This document shows positions 1 to 13,290 of a stretch of 64,000 nucleotides of DNA, in pieces. The translations under genes and the position numbers were made by a program. Under the pieces are notes generated by a model, which searched no databases, was not told the DNA's origin, and was given only the letters and a program-made list of their open reading frames with translations. The first letter of the stretch is position 1. Every line of letters begins with the position of its first letter. Origin of the DNA: Alphaproteobacteria bacterium (GTDB lineage Bacteria > Pseudomonadota > Alphaproteobacteria > Rs-D84); the NCBI GenBank assembly GCA_017616785.1, contig JAFZXK010000009.1:1612-65611 (forward strand), given 5' to 3'.

Positions 1-94
1 GCTGCTAACATCTTGTCACACTGAAGCAAAAACGGATAGTCACCCGTCGCGGCACGCCGCGCCGCGGTCGTAACGGACTTTCACTAACCGCTTT

Positions 95-1153
95 CTAAAA
101 CACATACTTGAATTCGGCACCGCCGTTCCAGCCGCTGCGTGCGCCATCGTGGCGGCCAAGGTTTATGTTCAATGTGAACCCGTCAAAGTTCTGCGCTAAA
201 ACTATACCATATTCAAAATAATCCTTTGTTTCCAATTTTGGAATCTTGACATAGTTTACCTTGGACCGACCGCCGTTTTCAAAATTCATGATATAACCGA
301 CATGCGCCCCAACCGAAAGGCCATCACCAACATCACCGAAAATATCAAGTGCCGGCGTCAATTCAAAGAAACCAAAATCTTCGTTCGCGATATTATCGCC
401 ACCCGCCGCAACATAATTCGCGGAATTTACCCATGTATATCCCGCGCGCAGTGCCGGACGAAAGAATACATCGCCATCAAAACTGTATGTATATGCGGCA
501 TTGGCCATAATTCCGGCATAGAAATTATTGAAATCATCGCCATAAATCACAGATGTCATATCGTTCACCGCAAGGCCAAAATCCGCCATAGCCGAAAGTT
601 CCAAATCACCGAATTTCTTGCCGAACGACGCACCAACAAATGCGCCGTCCGAGTCTAAATCCATCGCACCGTTCTTTGTGTGCGCGCCCGAATATCCACC
701 AAAGAATTCGACCCTTGTCGCATTAAATTCGTTGCCGTATGCGACAAAAGCCAAATCAGATGTGCTTTTTGCGTGCGGATTTGATTTGAATTTTACATTA
801 TCAGAAAAATGTTGCCACCCTATGCGAAAATGTTCATCGTTTGCCGCATCGCCGCCACTGCGTCCCGTTACCAATGGCAAAACGCCAGTATCGTCACCAA
901 ATTCACCATAATAAAGCATTTCGCCATACGCATCCGGGTCATCATTGTTGGTGTTTGTTTCCACAACGGTTTTCTGGGGCACAGCCGGGGTAATTGATGT
1001 TGCCTTGCCCATTGGTGTAAAGACACGATTTGCAATTTCATGCTGGGCCGCGGCAATATTGTGCGCGGAAACAGAATTGGCATACAAACCGAAATCCGCC
1101 GAATGTGCGACAGAAGTTATCAAAATTCCAATCAATGCATATTGTGCTTTCAT
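95..1153 (-). CDS. outer-membrane beta-barrel protein (porin / autotransporter beta-domain-like)
   Basis: 352-aa ORF with an N-terminal Sec signal (MKAQYALIGILITSVAHSA), an alternating beta-strand pattern, and an aromatic C-terminal signature ...AEFKYVF typical of BAM substrates. Confidence 0.6.
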   Translation of the reverse strand: MKAQYALIGILITSVAHSADFGLYANSVSAHNIAAAQHEIANRVFTPMGKATSITPAVPQKTVVETNTNNDDPDAYGEMLYYGEFGDDTGVLPLVTGRSGGDAANDEHFRIGWQHFSDNVKFKSNPHAKSTSDLAFVAYGNEFNATRVEFFGGYSGAHTKNGAMDLDSDGAFVGASFGKKFGDLELSAMADFGLAVNDMTSVIYGDDFNNFYAGIMANAAYTYSFDGDVFFRPALRAGYTWVNSANYVAAGGDNIANEDFGFFELTPALDIFGDVGDGLSVGAHVGYIMNFENGGRSKVNYVKIPKLETKDYFEYGIVLAQNFDGFTLNINLGRHDGARSGWNGGAEFKYVF

Positions 1154-1248
1154 AATCTCTCTCCCTTGTTTCTTTATATTATACCACTAAATTCGCCATA
1201 AAAAAGTTTTTATTGTGGCAAGCAAAAAATTTTTTTAATATAGCGTTT

Positions 1249-1809
1249 ATGAAAAACGAATTAAAGATTGATAAACCGATTGTAATGGTCGGCCTGATGG
1301 GGGCCGGAAAGACGAGTATTGGGCGCGCATTGGCGCATCATTTGGGCGTGCCGTTTGTCGATTCGGACAAAGAAATCGAACGCGCCGCCGGGTGCAGTGT
1401 CGTTGATATATTCGCAATGTATGGCGAAAAAGAATTTCGGCGTGTGGAACAACGCGTGGTGTGCCGTCTTTTAGATTCTGAACCGCGGGTAAAGGTTTTA
1501 TCCACCGGCGAAGGGGCCTTTATCACGCCCGAAATTCGCGAAAAAGTTTTGAATGACGCAATCAGTATTTGGTTAAAAGCGGACCTTGATTTACTGGTAA
1601 AACGAACACAGTTTCGTAACACGCGACCGCAACTTTTGCACACAGATAGTAAAAAAATCCTTGCCCAATTGATTGCAGAGCGGTATAACACATATGCAAT
1701 GGCAAACATAACCGTGGAAACTTTTGACGAAAATTTGCGCAAAACGCTTGGAACGGTTTTGGACGCGTTGCATGAACACATCAACCAAAAGGAAAATAAA
1801 AATGAGTAG
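1249..1809 (+). CDS. aroK: shikimate kinase
   Basis: P-loop GLMGAGKTSIGRALA followed by VPFVDSD and EFR motifs. The ATG at 1249 is preferred over the upstream TTG at 1213. Confidence 0.9.
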   Translation: MKNELKIDKPIVMVGLMGAGKTSIGRALAHHLGVPFVDSDKEIERAAGCSVVDIFAMYGEKEFRRVEQRVVCRLLDSEPRVKVLSTGEGAFITPEIREKVLNDAISIWLKADLDLLVKRTQFRNTRPQLLHTDSKKILAQLIAERYNTYAMANITVETFDENLRKTLGTVLDALHEHINQKENKNE

Positions 1810-2323
1810 TTTTTTAAAGGAATTTCGTAATTTTGCAGAACGCGGTAATGCAATCGATATGGCCATCGGTATCATCGTTGGTTCTGTTATGACTGCGGTG
1901 GTCAATTCGTTGGTCGCCGATGTTATTATGCCACCGATTGGGCTGTTGATTGGTGGCGTTGATTTTTCACAATGGTTCTTTGTGCTTTCGGGTGGCGCGG
2001 GTCAAAGTTTCAACACGATTGCCGAAGCCCAGGCCGCCGGTGCAACAACACTGAATTTGGGTGTGTTTTTGAATACGGTAATCAGCTTTATTATAACTAT
2101 GTTCGCGGCGTTTTTAATTGTGCGTACCGTCAACAAGATGAAAAGCAAAAAGGCCGTTACAACGCGTGCATGTCCGTATTGCAAGCAAACGGTTGATATA
2201 ACCGCTACAAAATGCCCTCATTGCTGTTCGGCATTGGAACCCGAAGAAATCAAACCCGCCGAAGAAAGCGACATGGCAAAAGGGTTAAAGAAATTAAAGA
2301 AAATTGTAAAGATAAAGAAATAA
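1802..2323 (+). CDS. mscL: large-conductance mechanosensitive channel MscL with a C-terminal CxxC...CxxC tail
   Basis: MSSFLKEFRNFAERGNAIDMAIGIIVG... is the canonical MscL N-terminus/TM1. The ATG at 1802 overlaps the aroK stop. The extra C-terminus reads CPYCKQTVDITATKCPHCCS. Confidence 0.9.
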   Translation: MSSFLKEFRNFAERGNAIDMAIGIIVGSVMTAVVNSLVADVIMPPIGLLIGGVDFSQWFFVLSGGAGQSFNTIAEAQAAGATTLNLGVFLNTVISFIITMFAAFLIVRTVNKMKSKKAVTTRACPYCKQTVDITATKCPHCCSALEPEEIKPAEESDMAKGLKKLKKIVKIKK

Positions 2324-2328
2324 GAATT

Positions 2329-2353
2329 CACCGCCCGTTTGGGCGGTGTTTTT
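2329..2353 (+). terminator. rho-independent terminator after mscL
   Basis: Hairpin CACCGCCC-GTTT-GGGCGGTG followed by TTTTT. Confidence 0.7.
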
Positions 2354-2882
2354 ACTTGGTTTTATTTTGTTCCGAATAATTTATATTTTGCGTTAGTAAT
2401 AAACGTTTTTTGATTTTATCCAACTGGTCTATCGTTTCTTGGATTTCATTGTTTTTAATTGCCTTGTCATCCGCATGCATCAATTCTGTTAGATAAAATT
2501 GAAGGTCATATACACTGTCGTTGATTATTTTTTCAAATGGGTTTTCAAATTTTTTTCCGTCTAATTTGGCCCGCACCGCATTGGATAAAGCAACATAATC
2601 TTTATCAAGACCGAACAAACGTTTTGTAACACGAATCGTTTTATAAGACGTTGTGCCTAGTTTTGTGAACACCGATTCTTCGCTATAACCTTTAATAAAC
2701 TGTTGACTGCGCGACACACTTGTATGTTCAAGTTTATATGGCCCAAATGTATAAATGGTTGTGAAATCATGGTCGTATCCATGCGCATGATTAAAATCAC
2801 CGGCGTATATCTGACCATCAGGATATGACACCACAACAGGATATTTTTGCAGCGCAGCATACATACTAATAAGTTGTTCCAT
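2352..2882 (-). CDS. hypothetical protein
   Basis: 176-aa ORF in an AT-rich patch with no motif I recognise. Confidence 0.5.
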   Translation of the reverse strand: MEQLISMYAALQKYPVVVSYPDGQIYAGDFNHAHGYDHDFTTIYTFGPYKLEHTSVSRSQQFIKGYSEESVFTKLGTTSYKTIRVTKRLFGLDKDYVALSNAVRAKLDGKKFENPFEKIINDSVYDLQFYLTELMHADDKAIKNNEIQETIDQLDKIKKRLLLTQNINYSEQNKTK

Positions 2883-2989
2883 AATGTGTCCTTTTTATTT
2901 GACTTATTTACATTATGTATCATTTTTGGCTGATGTAAAGAAAAATCTTGAAAACGGGATATTTTAATGTTAAACTGCCTTTCGCACAT

Positions 2990-3067
2990 GGCGGATGTAG
3001 CTCAGCTGGTTAGAGCGTCGGTTTGTGGTACCGAATGTCGCCGGTTCGAATCCGGTCATCCGCCCCA
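2990..3067 (+). tRNA. tRNA-His (GTG)
   Basis: Full cloverleaf. The anticodon loop TTGTGGT gives GUG. An extra G-1 pairs with C73, and CCA is encoded. Confidence 0.95.
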
Positions 3068-3080
3068 TTAAAAATTAAAT

Positions 3081-3104
3081 GCGCCACGGGCGCGTTTTAT
3101 TTTT
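3081..3104 (+). terminator. rho-independent terminator after tRNA-His
   Basis: Hairpin GCGCC-ACG-GGCGC followed by GTTTTATTTTT. Confidence 0.6.
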
Positions 3105-3335
3105 AATGTACCGGCGGTTCGGATGAGAACCGCAGGTTCGACGCGATAGCCGGTTTTGCAAACGGAGTGTGGCGAAACCGTTGCGTGCGGAAAGGGGCCC
3201 ATCTCGCCAAAGGCGGATGGGAATATACAATCCGGTCATCACACTTCGTTAAAACTTCGTGTGATAAATCCGTCTTCGCTTCACTACGTCGAGACCGGTC
3301 CGCCCCATCCGTCTTTGCTGTTGGCAAAGCCGCGA
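3105..3335. other. GC-rich structured intergenic segment made of scrambled tRNA-His fragments (decayed att repeats or an unknown ncRNA)
   Basis: Contains GGCGG-TTC-GGATG, GGTTCGA, GGCGGATG, AATCCGGTCATC (12/12 identity to the tRNA T-arm/acceptor), AATCCGTCTTCGC and CCGGTCCGCCCCAT. Several strong local hairpins are present, along with 5'/3' long-range complementarity. Confidence 0.3.
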
Positions 3336-3407
3336 TTTGTATTTGACTTTTATATATTGTGTGCTACATTGCGAACATAACAACCTACTAAGAAACAAGG
3401 CAAAAAG

Positions 3408-3914
3408 ATGCCAGACATACCAGATACAGAATATATTACGGTAAAAGCAGACGGAGTTTTTGTTGGTGGCAAACCTGCTACACATTACCGTGGTGTGAAA
3501 ATAGGTTATCGCAAATCTATAAATATAAATTTTCAGGATATTTTAAAGAAATACCCAAACATTCAAGAAATGCGTTTCTTAACATCGGAAACAGGCGGAG
3601 TGTATCACACAAATGGAAATCCCGTTGCAGAAAACGGTTCGAATGCATGGGCTTGTGTGAAGTTTGATGATGGTTATGTGTCGCCTTAGACTCTTATTTT
3701 TGAACATTATCCTTATGATTTTTTTGTGAGTCATGAAATATGCCGGAAATTACGTCTTATGGCTGATGAATATTGTTTTCTGAAACCAGTATTGGGACGC
3801 TATCAGGATGTGACATTCAGAATAAGTCTACAAAACATGGATGGGAAATCGTTCGAGTTGAATGGTTATAGGATTACGATCGAAAAGATTTCAGAACGAC
3901 AAAAAGGCAAATAA
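3408..3914 (+). pseudogene. hypothetical ORF interrupted by a single in-frame TAG (3687-3689)
   Basis: ORFs 3408-3689 and 3726-3914 are in the same frame. The 12 codons between them contain no stop. Confidence 0.4.
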
Positions 3915-3918
3915 AATC

Positions 3919-3939
3919 CCGGTCGTTTGACCGGTTTTT
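3919..3939 (+). terminator. rho-independent terminator
   Basis: Hairpin CCGGTC-GTTT-GACCGG followed by TTTTT. Confidence 0.6.
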
Positions 3940-3985
3940 CTTTTCCCTTGCCTTGGGGTTGGGAAATCGTGTATTTTTATAATGT

Positions 3986-6037
3986 ATGAAAAAAGAGTTG
4001 TTTGATTTTCTGACGACGGACCTGCAATTTATTCGCGGGGTTGGGCCGGTTTTGGCGGCACGGTTCTTTGATTTGCTGGGGAATCGGCGGATTTTGGATT
4101 TTTTGTTACATATACCCGTCTATGTCAAGGAACGCGGTGTAATCGACAGTGTTGCAACCGCAATGCCCGGCGAAATTGTCACGACCATGGTGCGGGTGAA
4201 ATCCCATAAAATTGCGCGCAATTTCGGTCGGCGGCGCGCGCCTACGCGTATTACCTGTGTTGATAAAGTTGGGCAAACGGTTGTTATTCAATTCTTTAAT
4301 TCAAATTTTTTGGATTATTGGCTGAAAAAATTGCCGATTGGCGAATGGCGCATGATAAGTGGCAAATTGGAACAAACATCAACGCCGACAATCAATCACC
4401 CTGAATTTATCGAAGAAGTGCAAAACGCCGATAAAATTCCAAAGATTCAGGCAATTTATCGTTCCGGCGAAGGGATAACACAGAAAACCTTTACAAATAT
4501 CCGCGACCAGATTTTTGCGGCATTGCCAGACAAACTCATTGGTGAAGATGAACATTTGGTGGAATTTTTTGATGCGTTGCGCAATGCGCATTATGCACAA
4601 AGCAACGATGAATTGCAATCTATGTCTGATACGATTGTAAAATTGGCGTATTTCGAATTATTGGCGCACCAGGTTGCAATCGCCGCAAACCGCCGCACGC
4701 GTAAGGACGAACGGCATCGGCGAACGCCACGCGCAAAAAAATATGATTTGTTGCCGCGCTTCTATGAATCACTGCCGTTCAATTTGACGGGCGCGCAAAA
4801 ACGCGCGGTCGATGAAATTGCGCACGATATGTCCAGCGATTTTCCGATGATGCGCCTTGTCCAGGGGGATGTCGGTTGCGGGAAAACAATGGTTGCAATG
4901 GCAGCAACGGTTATGATGGCGGAATTTGGTGCACAAACGGCGTTGCTTGCGCCAACCGATACATTGGCCGCACAACATTATGCGAAACTTAAACCGCTGT
5001 GTGAAAAACTTGGTTTAGTGTGCGATATTTTAACCGGACGCGACAAGGGCGCGGCGCGGCGCGAAAAGTTGATTTCGCTGCGTTCGGGGCGGACACGGTT
5101 GGTTGTTGGAACGCACGCACTTTTTTCCGACGATGTGGAATATAAAGATTTGGGGCTTGTGATAATTGATGAACAACATCGCTTTGGTGTCGCGCAACGC
5201 GAAGCATTACGCGCAAAGGGAAACAATCCGGATGTGTTGGCGCTTTCCGCAACGCCGATACCGCGAACTTTGTCAATGACGATTTACGGCGATATGGATG
5301 TTTCGATTATAAATGAAAAGCCCGCGGGGCGCATGCCGATAAAGACAACCAAGTTACCAATTTCGCGCATCGATGCATTGATAGACCGATTACGGGTCCA
5401 AGTAGTTAGTGGCGCAAAAGTTTTCTGGATTTGTCCGTTGGTTGTGGAATCCGAAGAATCCGACGCAACCGCCGCACAACATCGATACGAAGAATTAAAA
5501 AAAGTTTTCACATGTGTTGGTTTGGTGCATGGGCAAATGTCCAAGGATGAACGCGACAAAGTTATGGCGGAATTTGCGCGGCCGGGTTCGGATATAAAAA
5601 TTCTTGTTGCGACGACGGTAATCGAAGTTGGAATCGATGTTCCCGATGCGACAATAATTGTAATTGAAAACGCGGAACGATTTGGACTTGCGGCGTTGCA
5701 CCAATTGCGTGGGCGTGTTGGGCGCGGGGCGGCACAATCGTTTTGTATTTTGCTTTATGGCGATAATGTTTCGCCCGATGGAATCAAACGTTTGGACGTG
5801 CTGACCGAAACGAATGATGGCTTTGCAATTGCGGAACAAGATTTGATGATGCGTGGCGTCGGCGAATTACTTGGCACGCGGCAATCGGGATGGATAAATT
5901 ATCACTTTGTTGATTATCGTGGCCACAGGGATTTGTTCAAATTGGCCGCGCGTGCGGCGTCTGATATGGTTAGGGTCGAACCGTGGGTGAATGATTTAAT
6001 GTTTATATTTGATAGAACATTAAAGATAGGTGTCTAA
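3986..6037 (+). CDS. recG: ATP-dependent DNA helicase RecG
   Basis: 683 aa with Walker A GDVGCGKT, DEQH(RFGV) and QLRGRVGRG helicase motifs, plus an N-terminal wedge region. Confidence 0.95.
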   Translation: MKKELFDFLTTDLQFIRGVGPVLAARFFDLLGNRRILDFLLHIPVYVKERGVIDSVATAMPGEIVTTMVRVKSHKIARNFGRRRAPTRITCVDKVGQTVVIQFFNSNFLDYWLKKLPIGEWRMISGKLEQTSTPTINHPEFIEEVQNADKIPKIQAIYRSGEGITQKTFTNIRDQIFAALPDKLIGEDEHLVEFFDALRNAHYAQSNDELQSMSDTIVKLAYFELLAHQVAIAANRRTRKDERHRRTPRAKKYDLLPRFYESLPFNLTGAQKRAVDEIAHDMSSDFPMMRLVQGDVGCGKTMVAMAATVMMAEFGAQTALLAPTDTLAAQHYAKLKPLCEKLGLVCDILTGRDKGAARREKLISLRSGRTRLVVGTHALFSDDVEYKDLGLVIIDEQHRFGVAQREALRAKGNNPDVLALSATPIPRTLSMTIYGDMDVSIINEKPAGRMPIKTTKLPISRIDALIDRLRVQVVSGAKVFWICPLVVESEESDATAAQHRYEELKKVFTCVGLVHGQMSKDERDKVMAEFARPGSDIKILVATTVIEVGIDVPDATIIVIENAERFGLAALHQLRGRVGRGAAQSFCILLYGDNVSPDGIKRLDVLTETNDGFAIAEQDLMMRGVGELLGTRQSGWINYHFVDYRGHRDLFKLAARAASDMVRVEPWVNDLMFIFDRTLKIGV

Positions 6038-7344
6038 TGAAAAAAATCTTTGCGATAATTTTTGCGATTTTGTTTGCAATGCCGGCGCGCGCAGAATCAC
6101 TTATTAATGATACCGAGGTCGAAGCGGTATTGTCCGAACTTGTTACGCCACTTGCCATCGCGGCAAAGATTTCGCCAACTCGGATGCACATTTACCTTGT
6201 TGATGATGACGGTTTTAATGCGTTTGTCATTGGTGGCGAAGATATTTATATCTATACCGGACTTCTTAAACGCGTAACAACGCCGAATGCTTTGCGCGCG
6301 GTTGTTGCGCATGAATTGGGGCATACGCTTGGTGGGCACATGGCGCAACTTTCGGCGCAAATGGAAACAGAAATGCGGCGCGCAATGATTATTCAGGCGT
6401 TGGGTGTTGGGCTGATGGTGCTTGGTGGGAACCCATCACTTGGTGCGGGGGTTATGGCGGGTGCGACCGGAATTGCGCGACAATCGTTGATGTCTTTTTC
6501 GCGCGACGAAGAACGCGTTGCCGATGATTTAGGTTTTAACCTTATGATGGATGCCGGATATAACCCAAACGGGTTTATTGAAATTTTTACCCAGATGAAC
6601 GAAATGACATCGCCAATTGAATCCCGCGTGAATAAAAATTCTATCAATCACCCCGTAACCGCAGAACGGTTGAAAAATGTCCGTGAAAAATTGGCGGATA
6701 AAAAAATCAAAGATAAAAAATTCAAAAATGACGACGCGGCAATGATTGAAAAATATAACCTGGTGCGTGCAAAATTGGTTGGGTATTTGGATGATTACAC
6801 GCGAATTAAAACCCTTTATCCGTATTCTGATAAATCAGATGCGGCGATTTATGCGCGTGCGATTGCGAACATGCGCGGCGGGAACTTGGCGGGCGCGGCA
6901 ACGGGCACACGAACACTGATTGCGCGGCAACCAAAGAATCCATATTTTTATGAATTGCTTGGCGATATTGAATATCAATTTGGGCATTATGATGACAGCA
7001 TTAGCGCATATGAACACGCGATAAATTTGCGAAAAAATTCGCCACAAATTGAAACCGCGCTTGCGTTGGTGTTGTCTGAACGCGGAACGGATGCAGACCG
7101 TGCGCATGCGATTGAACTTTGTCGGCATACAATTTTGGTGGAACCAAAGCCGCTTGCATACTGGGTTTTGGCACGTGCGTTTGGTGACGAAGATGGCCGT
7201 GCCGATTGGGCGATGGCGGAATTTTATACTATGCAGAAACAACCCCAAAAGGCCAAGGAATACGCACGGCGCGCAAAAACAAAACTGCCACACGATGCGC
7301 CGGAATATATAAAGTCCGATGACATTTTGAATCAGAAAAAATGA
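6037..7344 (+). CDS. periplasmic M48 metalloprotease with C-terminal TPR region (BepA/YfgC-like)
   Basis: Signal peptide, HELGHTLGGH zinc motif, and TPR-like C-terminal half. Confidence 0.8.
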   Translation: MKKIFAIIFAILFAMPARAESLINDTEVEAVLSELVTPLAIAAKISPTRMHIYLVDDDGFNAFVIGGEDIYIYTGLLKRVTTPNALRAVVAHELGHTLGGHMAQLSAQMETEMRRAMIIQALGVGLMVLGGNPSLGAGVMAGATGIARQSLMSFSRDEERVADDLGFNLMMDAGYNPNGFIEIFTQMNEMTSPIESRVNKNSINHPVTAERLKNVREKLADKKIKDKKFKNDDAAMIEKYNLVRAKLVGYLDDYTRIKTLYPYSDKSDAAIYARAIANMRGGNLAGAATGTRTLIARQPKNPYFYELLGDIEYQFGHYDDSISAYEHAINLRKNSPQIETALALVLSERGTDADRAHAIELCRHTILVEPKPLAYWVLARAFGDEDGRADWAMAEFYTMQKQPQKAKEYARRAKTKLPHDAPEYIKSDDILNQKK

Positions 7345-7347
7345 TTT

Positions 7348-8064
7348 TTATTCCAAAACTTTCTTTTGCAATTCGATAAGTTTCTTTGCGGCGTTCCCCG
7401 CCATATCCATGATTTCACCAAGTTGCGATTTATCGAACGGATGTTGTTCGCCGGTGGATTGCACTTCGATAAATCGACCATCTTCGGCAACAACAAAATT
7501 CGCATCCATTTCGGCATTGCAATCTTCGGCATAATCTAAATCTAAAATCAATTCATTGTTCCAAAGACCCGCACTGACCGCCGCAATATGTTCACGAATT
7601 GGGTTTTCAGACAAATGTTCATTTTCCATCATCCATCGTACCGCCAAACTTAGCGCGACAAACGCGCCCGTTATCGCGGCACAACGCGTTCCGCCGTCCG
7701 CCTGAATCACATCGCAATCAATATAGATTGTGTTTTTGCCAAGCGTTTCCATATCAACAACACTGCGCAGGGCGCGCCCAATCATACGGGAAATTTCCAT
7801 ACTGCGTTTATCGTTCATCAATGATTCGCGCGATTTACGCGTATCTGTGGCGCGCGGCAACATTGAATAGTCCGCCGTTACCCAACCACCAGTTTTATGT
7901 TGCATACGTTTCCATGTCGGCTGATTAAAATCAACCGACGCAGTGCAAATAACATGTGTTCCACCAATTTTTATCAAACATGAACCTTCGGCCCATTTGT
8001 TTATTGCGGTTTCCATTGAAACCGGGCGCATTTGATTCGGCTTTCGCAAAGATGGACGCAACAT
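7348..8064 (-). CDS. rph: ribonuclease PH
   Basis: 238 aa with RPSLRKPNQMRPVS..., GGTRCAAITGA and other RNase PH family blocks. Confidence 0.95.
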   Translation of the reverse strand: MLRPSLRKPNQMRPVSMETAINKWAEGSCLIKIGGTHVICTASVDFNQPTWKRMQHKTGGWVTADYSMLPRATDTRKSRESLMNDKRSMEISRMIGRALRSVVDMETLGKNTIYIDCDVIQADGGTRCAAITGAFVALSLAVRWMMENEHLSENPIREHIAAVSAGLWNNELILDLDYAEDCNAEMDANFVVAEDGRFIEVQSTGEQHPFDKSQLGEIMDMAGNAAKKLIELQKKVLE

Positions 8065-8204
8065 TTTTTATCCTTTGGTAATTCATCAATGTGGAAAGTA
8101 TATTAAATTGTTTCCGGATTGCAATTTTTTTTTTACAAACAAAAAACACCCAACCGCGCGGGTTGGGCGTTTAACAACATAACAAACAAGGAAGGAAAAA
8201 TAAA

Positions 8205-8531
8205 TTATCCGTTGCAGCGACCGCAACCAGGGTTGCGAATCACACGGCGTTCTGAATACACACCCGCCGGTTCGTAAACAGTAACAGGACGATAGACCTG
8301 ATAATGATCAACGACTTCGGTATGTGTCTTCACGCGAACCGGTTGCGCACAAGAATTGCAAGTATATGCAACCGTGGCACGTGGCGCCGGTTCCGCATAG
8401 TTCACAGTATTCGTATTATAACGAACATGATTTGTGTATGTTTCGGTTTCGCTGTATACGCCACCATCAGATGCAAATGCACATGTGGCAACAAACGCGC
8501 CGAATAAACCAGTCAAAATTGTTTTTTTCAT
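8205..8531 (-). CDS. small secreted protein, unknown function
   Basis: 108 aa with signal peptide MKKTILTGLFGAFVATCAFA and Cys pairs (CNSC, CGRC). Confidence 0.5.
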   Translation of the reverse strand: MKKTILTGLFGAFVATCAFASDGGVYSETETYTNHVRYNTNTVNYAEPAPRATVAYTCNSCAQPVRVKTHTEVVDHYQVYRPVTVYEPAGVYSERRVIRNPGCGRCNG

Positions 8532-8736
8532 TTGTGTCCCTTTTGGTTATTCTGTGGAATTATAGGACACAAAATTCGGTTGTCAAGTATTTTGTGAAAT
8601 TTTTTTCTAACCTTCACTTTTCTCATAGATAGGGTGTACATAGGTATTTGTTCGTATTGTGAACGGGGCGCGGACGCGGTATAATAGTACTGTCTTGATA
8701 AAAGACATCCATCAACAACAATTATGGGAGAAAACA

Positions 8737-8940
8737 ATGAAAGGATTAACTGATTACATACTTGCACCGTTGACATTTATCGGCGCATTAAACTGGGGCT
8801 TGGTCGGCATATTCGGCTTTGATTTGGTCGCGTGGCTGTTCGGACCCGCCACATTGGTCAGCAATATCGTCTATGCCATCATCGGCATTGCCGCGGTAAT
8901 TTGGCTGATATTGATGTTTGTGGAAAAGCCGATAAAATAA
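8737..8940 (+). CDS. DUF378-family small membrane protein
   Basis: IGALNWGLVGIFGFDLV motif. The ATG at 8737 is preceded by GGGAG. Confidence 0.7.
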   Translation: MKGLTDYILAPLTFIGALNWGLVGIFGFDLVAWLFGPATLVSNIVYAIIGIAAVIWLILMFVEKPIK

Positions 8941-9009
8941 AACGAACTTTTTGCACCGAACCTTTCCCCCGTCGGCACAAATCGTATAACCGGCGGGGAT
9001 TTTTATTAT

Positions 9010-12787
<3,778 letters not shown>

Positions 12788-12864
12788 TCAGAAAAATAAT
12801 ACAATTGGAAAAAGTTATTAAAATATGATACAATATGAATACAATCATAAAAAAGGAGAGAGAA

Positions 12865-13254
12865 ATGGCAATGATTTATTGTCGTGATTGCGGGTATAAA
12901 CATTCCGATAGGGCCAAGGCATGCCCAAAGTGCGGACGCGTTGTTTTTGACGCGGACAAATCCGTGGTTATCTATCTGATTTTGTTGTGGTTGTTTGGTG
13001 TGTTCGGCGCGCACAGGTTTTATGCCGGCAAAACCGGTACGGGGCTTGCGATTTTAATTATGTTCTTGTTCGGTTTATTTTCGTTCCCGATTTTGGCCGC
13101 GTTTGCGAGTGCCGGGGCGGATGTGGGGGTGATGCTGTTTATGGGATTGGGGTTGATTGCGTTCTTTGCGGCATGCATTTGGGTGTTTGTCGATTTCATT
13201 GCCGCGCTCTGCAATATACGACATCCGGAGAAAATATTCGCAAACAAAAAGTAA
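12865..13254 (+). CDS. zinc-ribbon + TM2 domain membrane protein
   Basis: CRDCGY...CPKCG followed by the TM2 signature GVFGAHRFYAGK. A strong AGGAGA RBS precedes the ATG at 12865. Confidence 0.75.
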   Translation: MAMIYCRDCGYKHSDRAKACPKCGRVVFDADKSVVIYLILLWLFGVFGAHRFYAGKTGTGLAILIMFLFGLFSFPILAAFASAGADVGVMLFMGLGLIAFFAACIWVFVDFIAALCNIRHPEKIFANKK

Positions 13255-13258
13255 TCTA

Positions 13259-13290
13259 AAACCCGCAAACGCGGGTTTTGTTTTTTACTG
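13259..13290. terminator. bidirectional rho-independent terminator (TM2 gene / fabI)
   Basis: AAAACCCGC-AAAC-GCGGGTTTTGTTTTTT lies between convergent genes. Confidence 0.7.

Noticed and set aside
3105-3335. Possible tmRNA (ssrA), including a permuted alpha-type gene. The minus strand starts GGGGCGGACCGGTCTCGACG, which resembles the tmRNA 5' end GGGGCUGAUUCUGGAUUCGACG.
   Set aside because: I found no tag reading frame ending in the usual ...AA-stop, no G3:U70 acceptor pair and no proper T-arm or terminal CCA partner. The segment is also too short for a one-piece tmRNA. The TCGACG similarity is explained by the internal 5'/3' complementarity of the segment. An Infernal scan would settle this.
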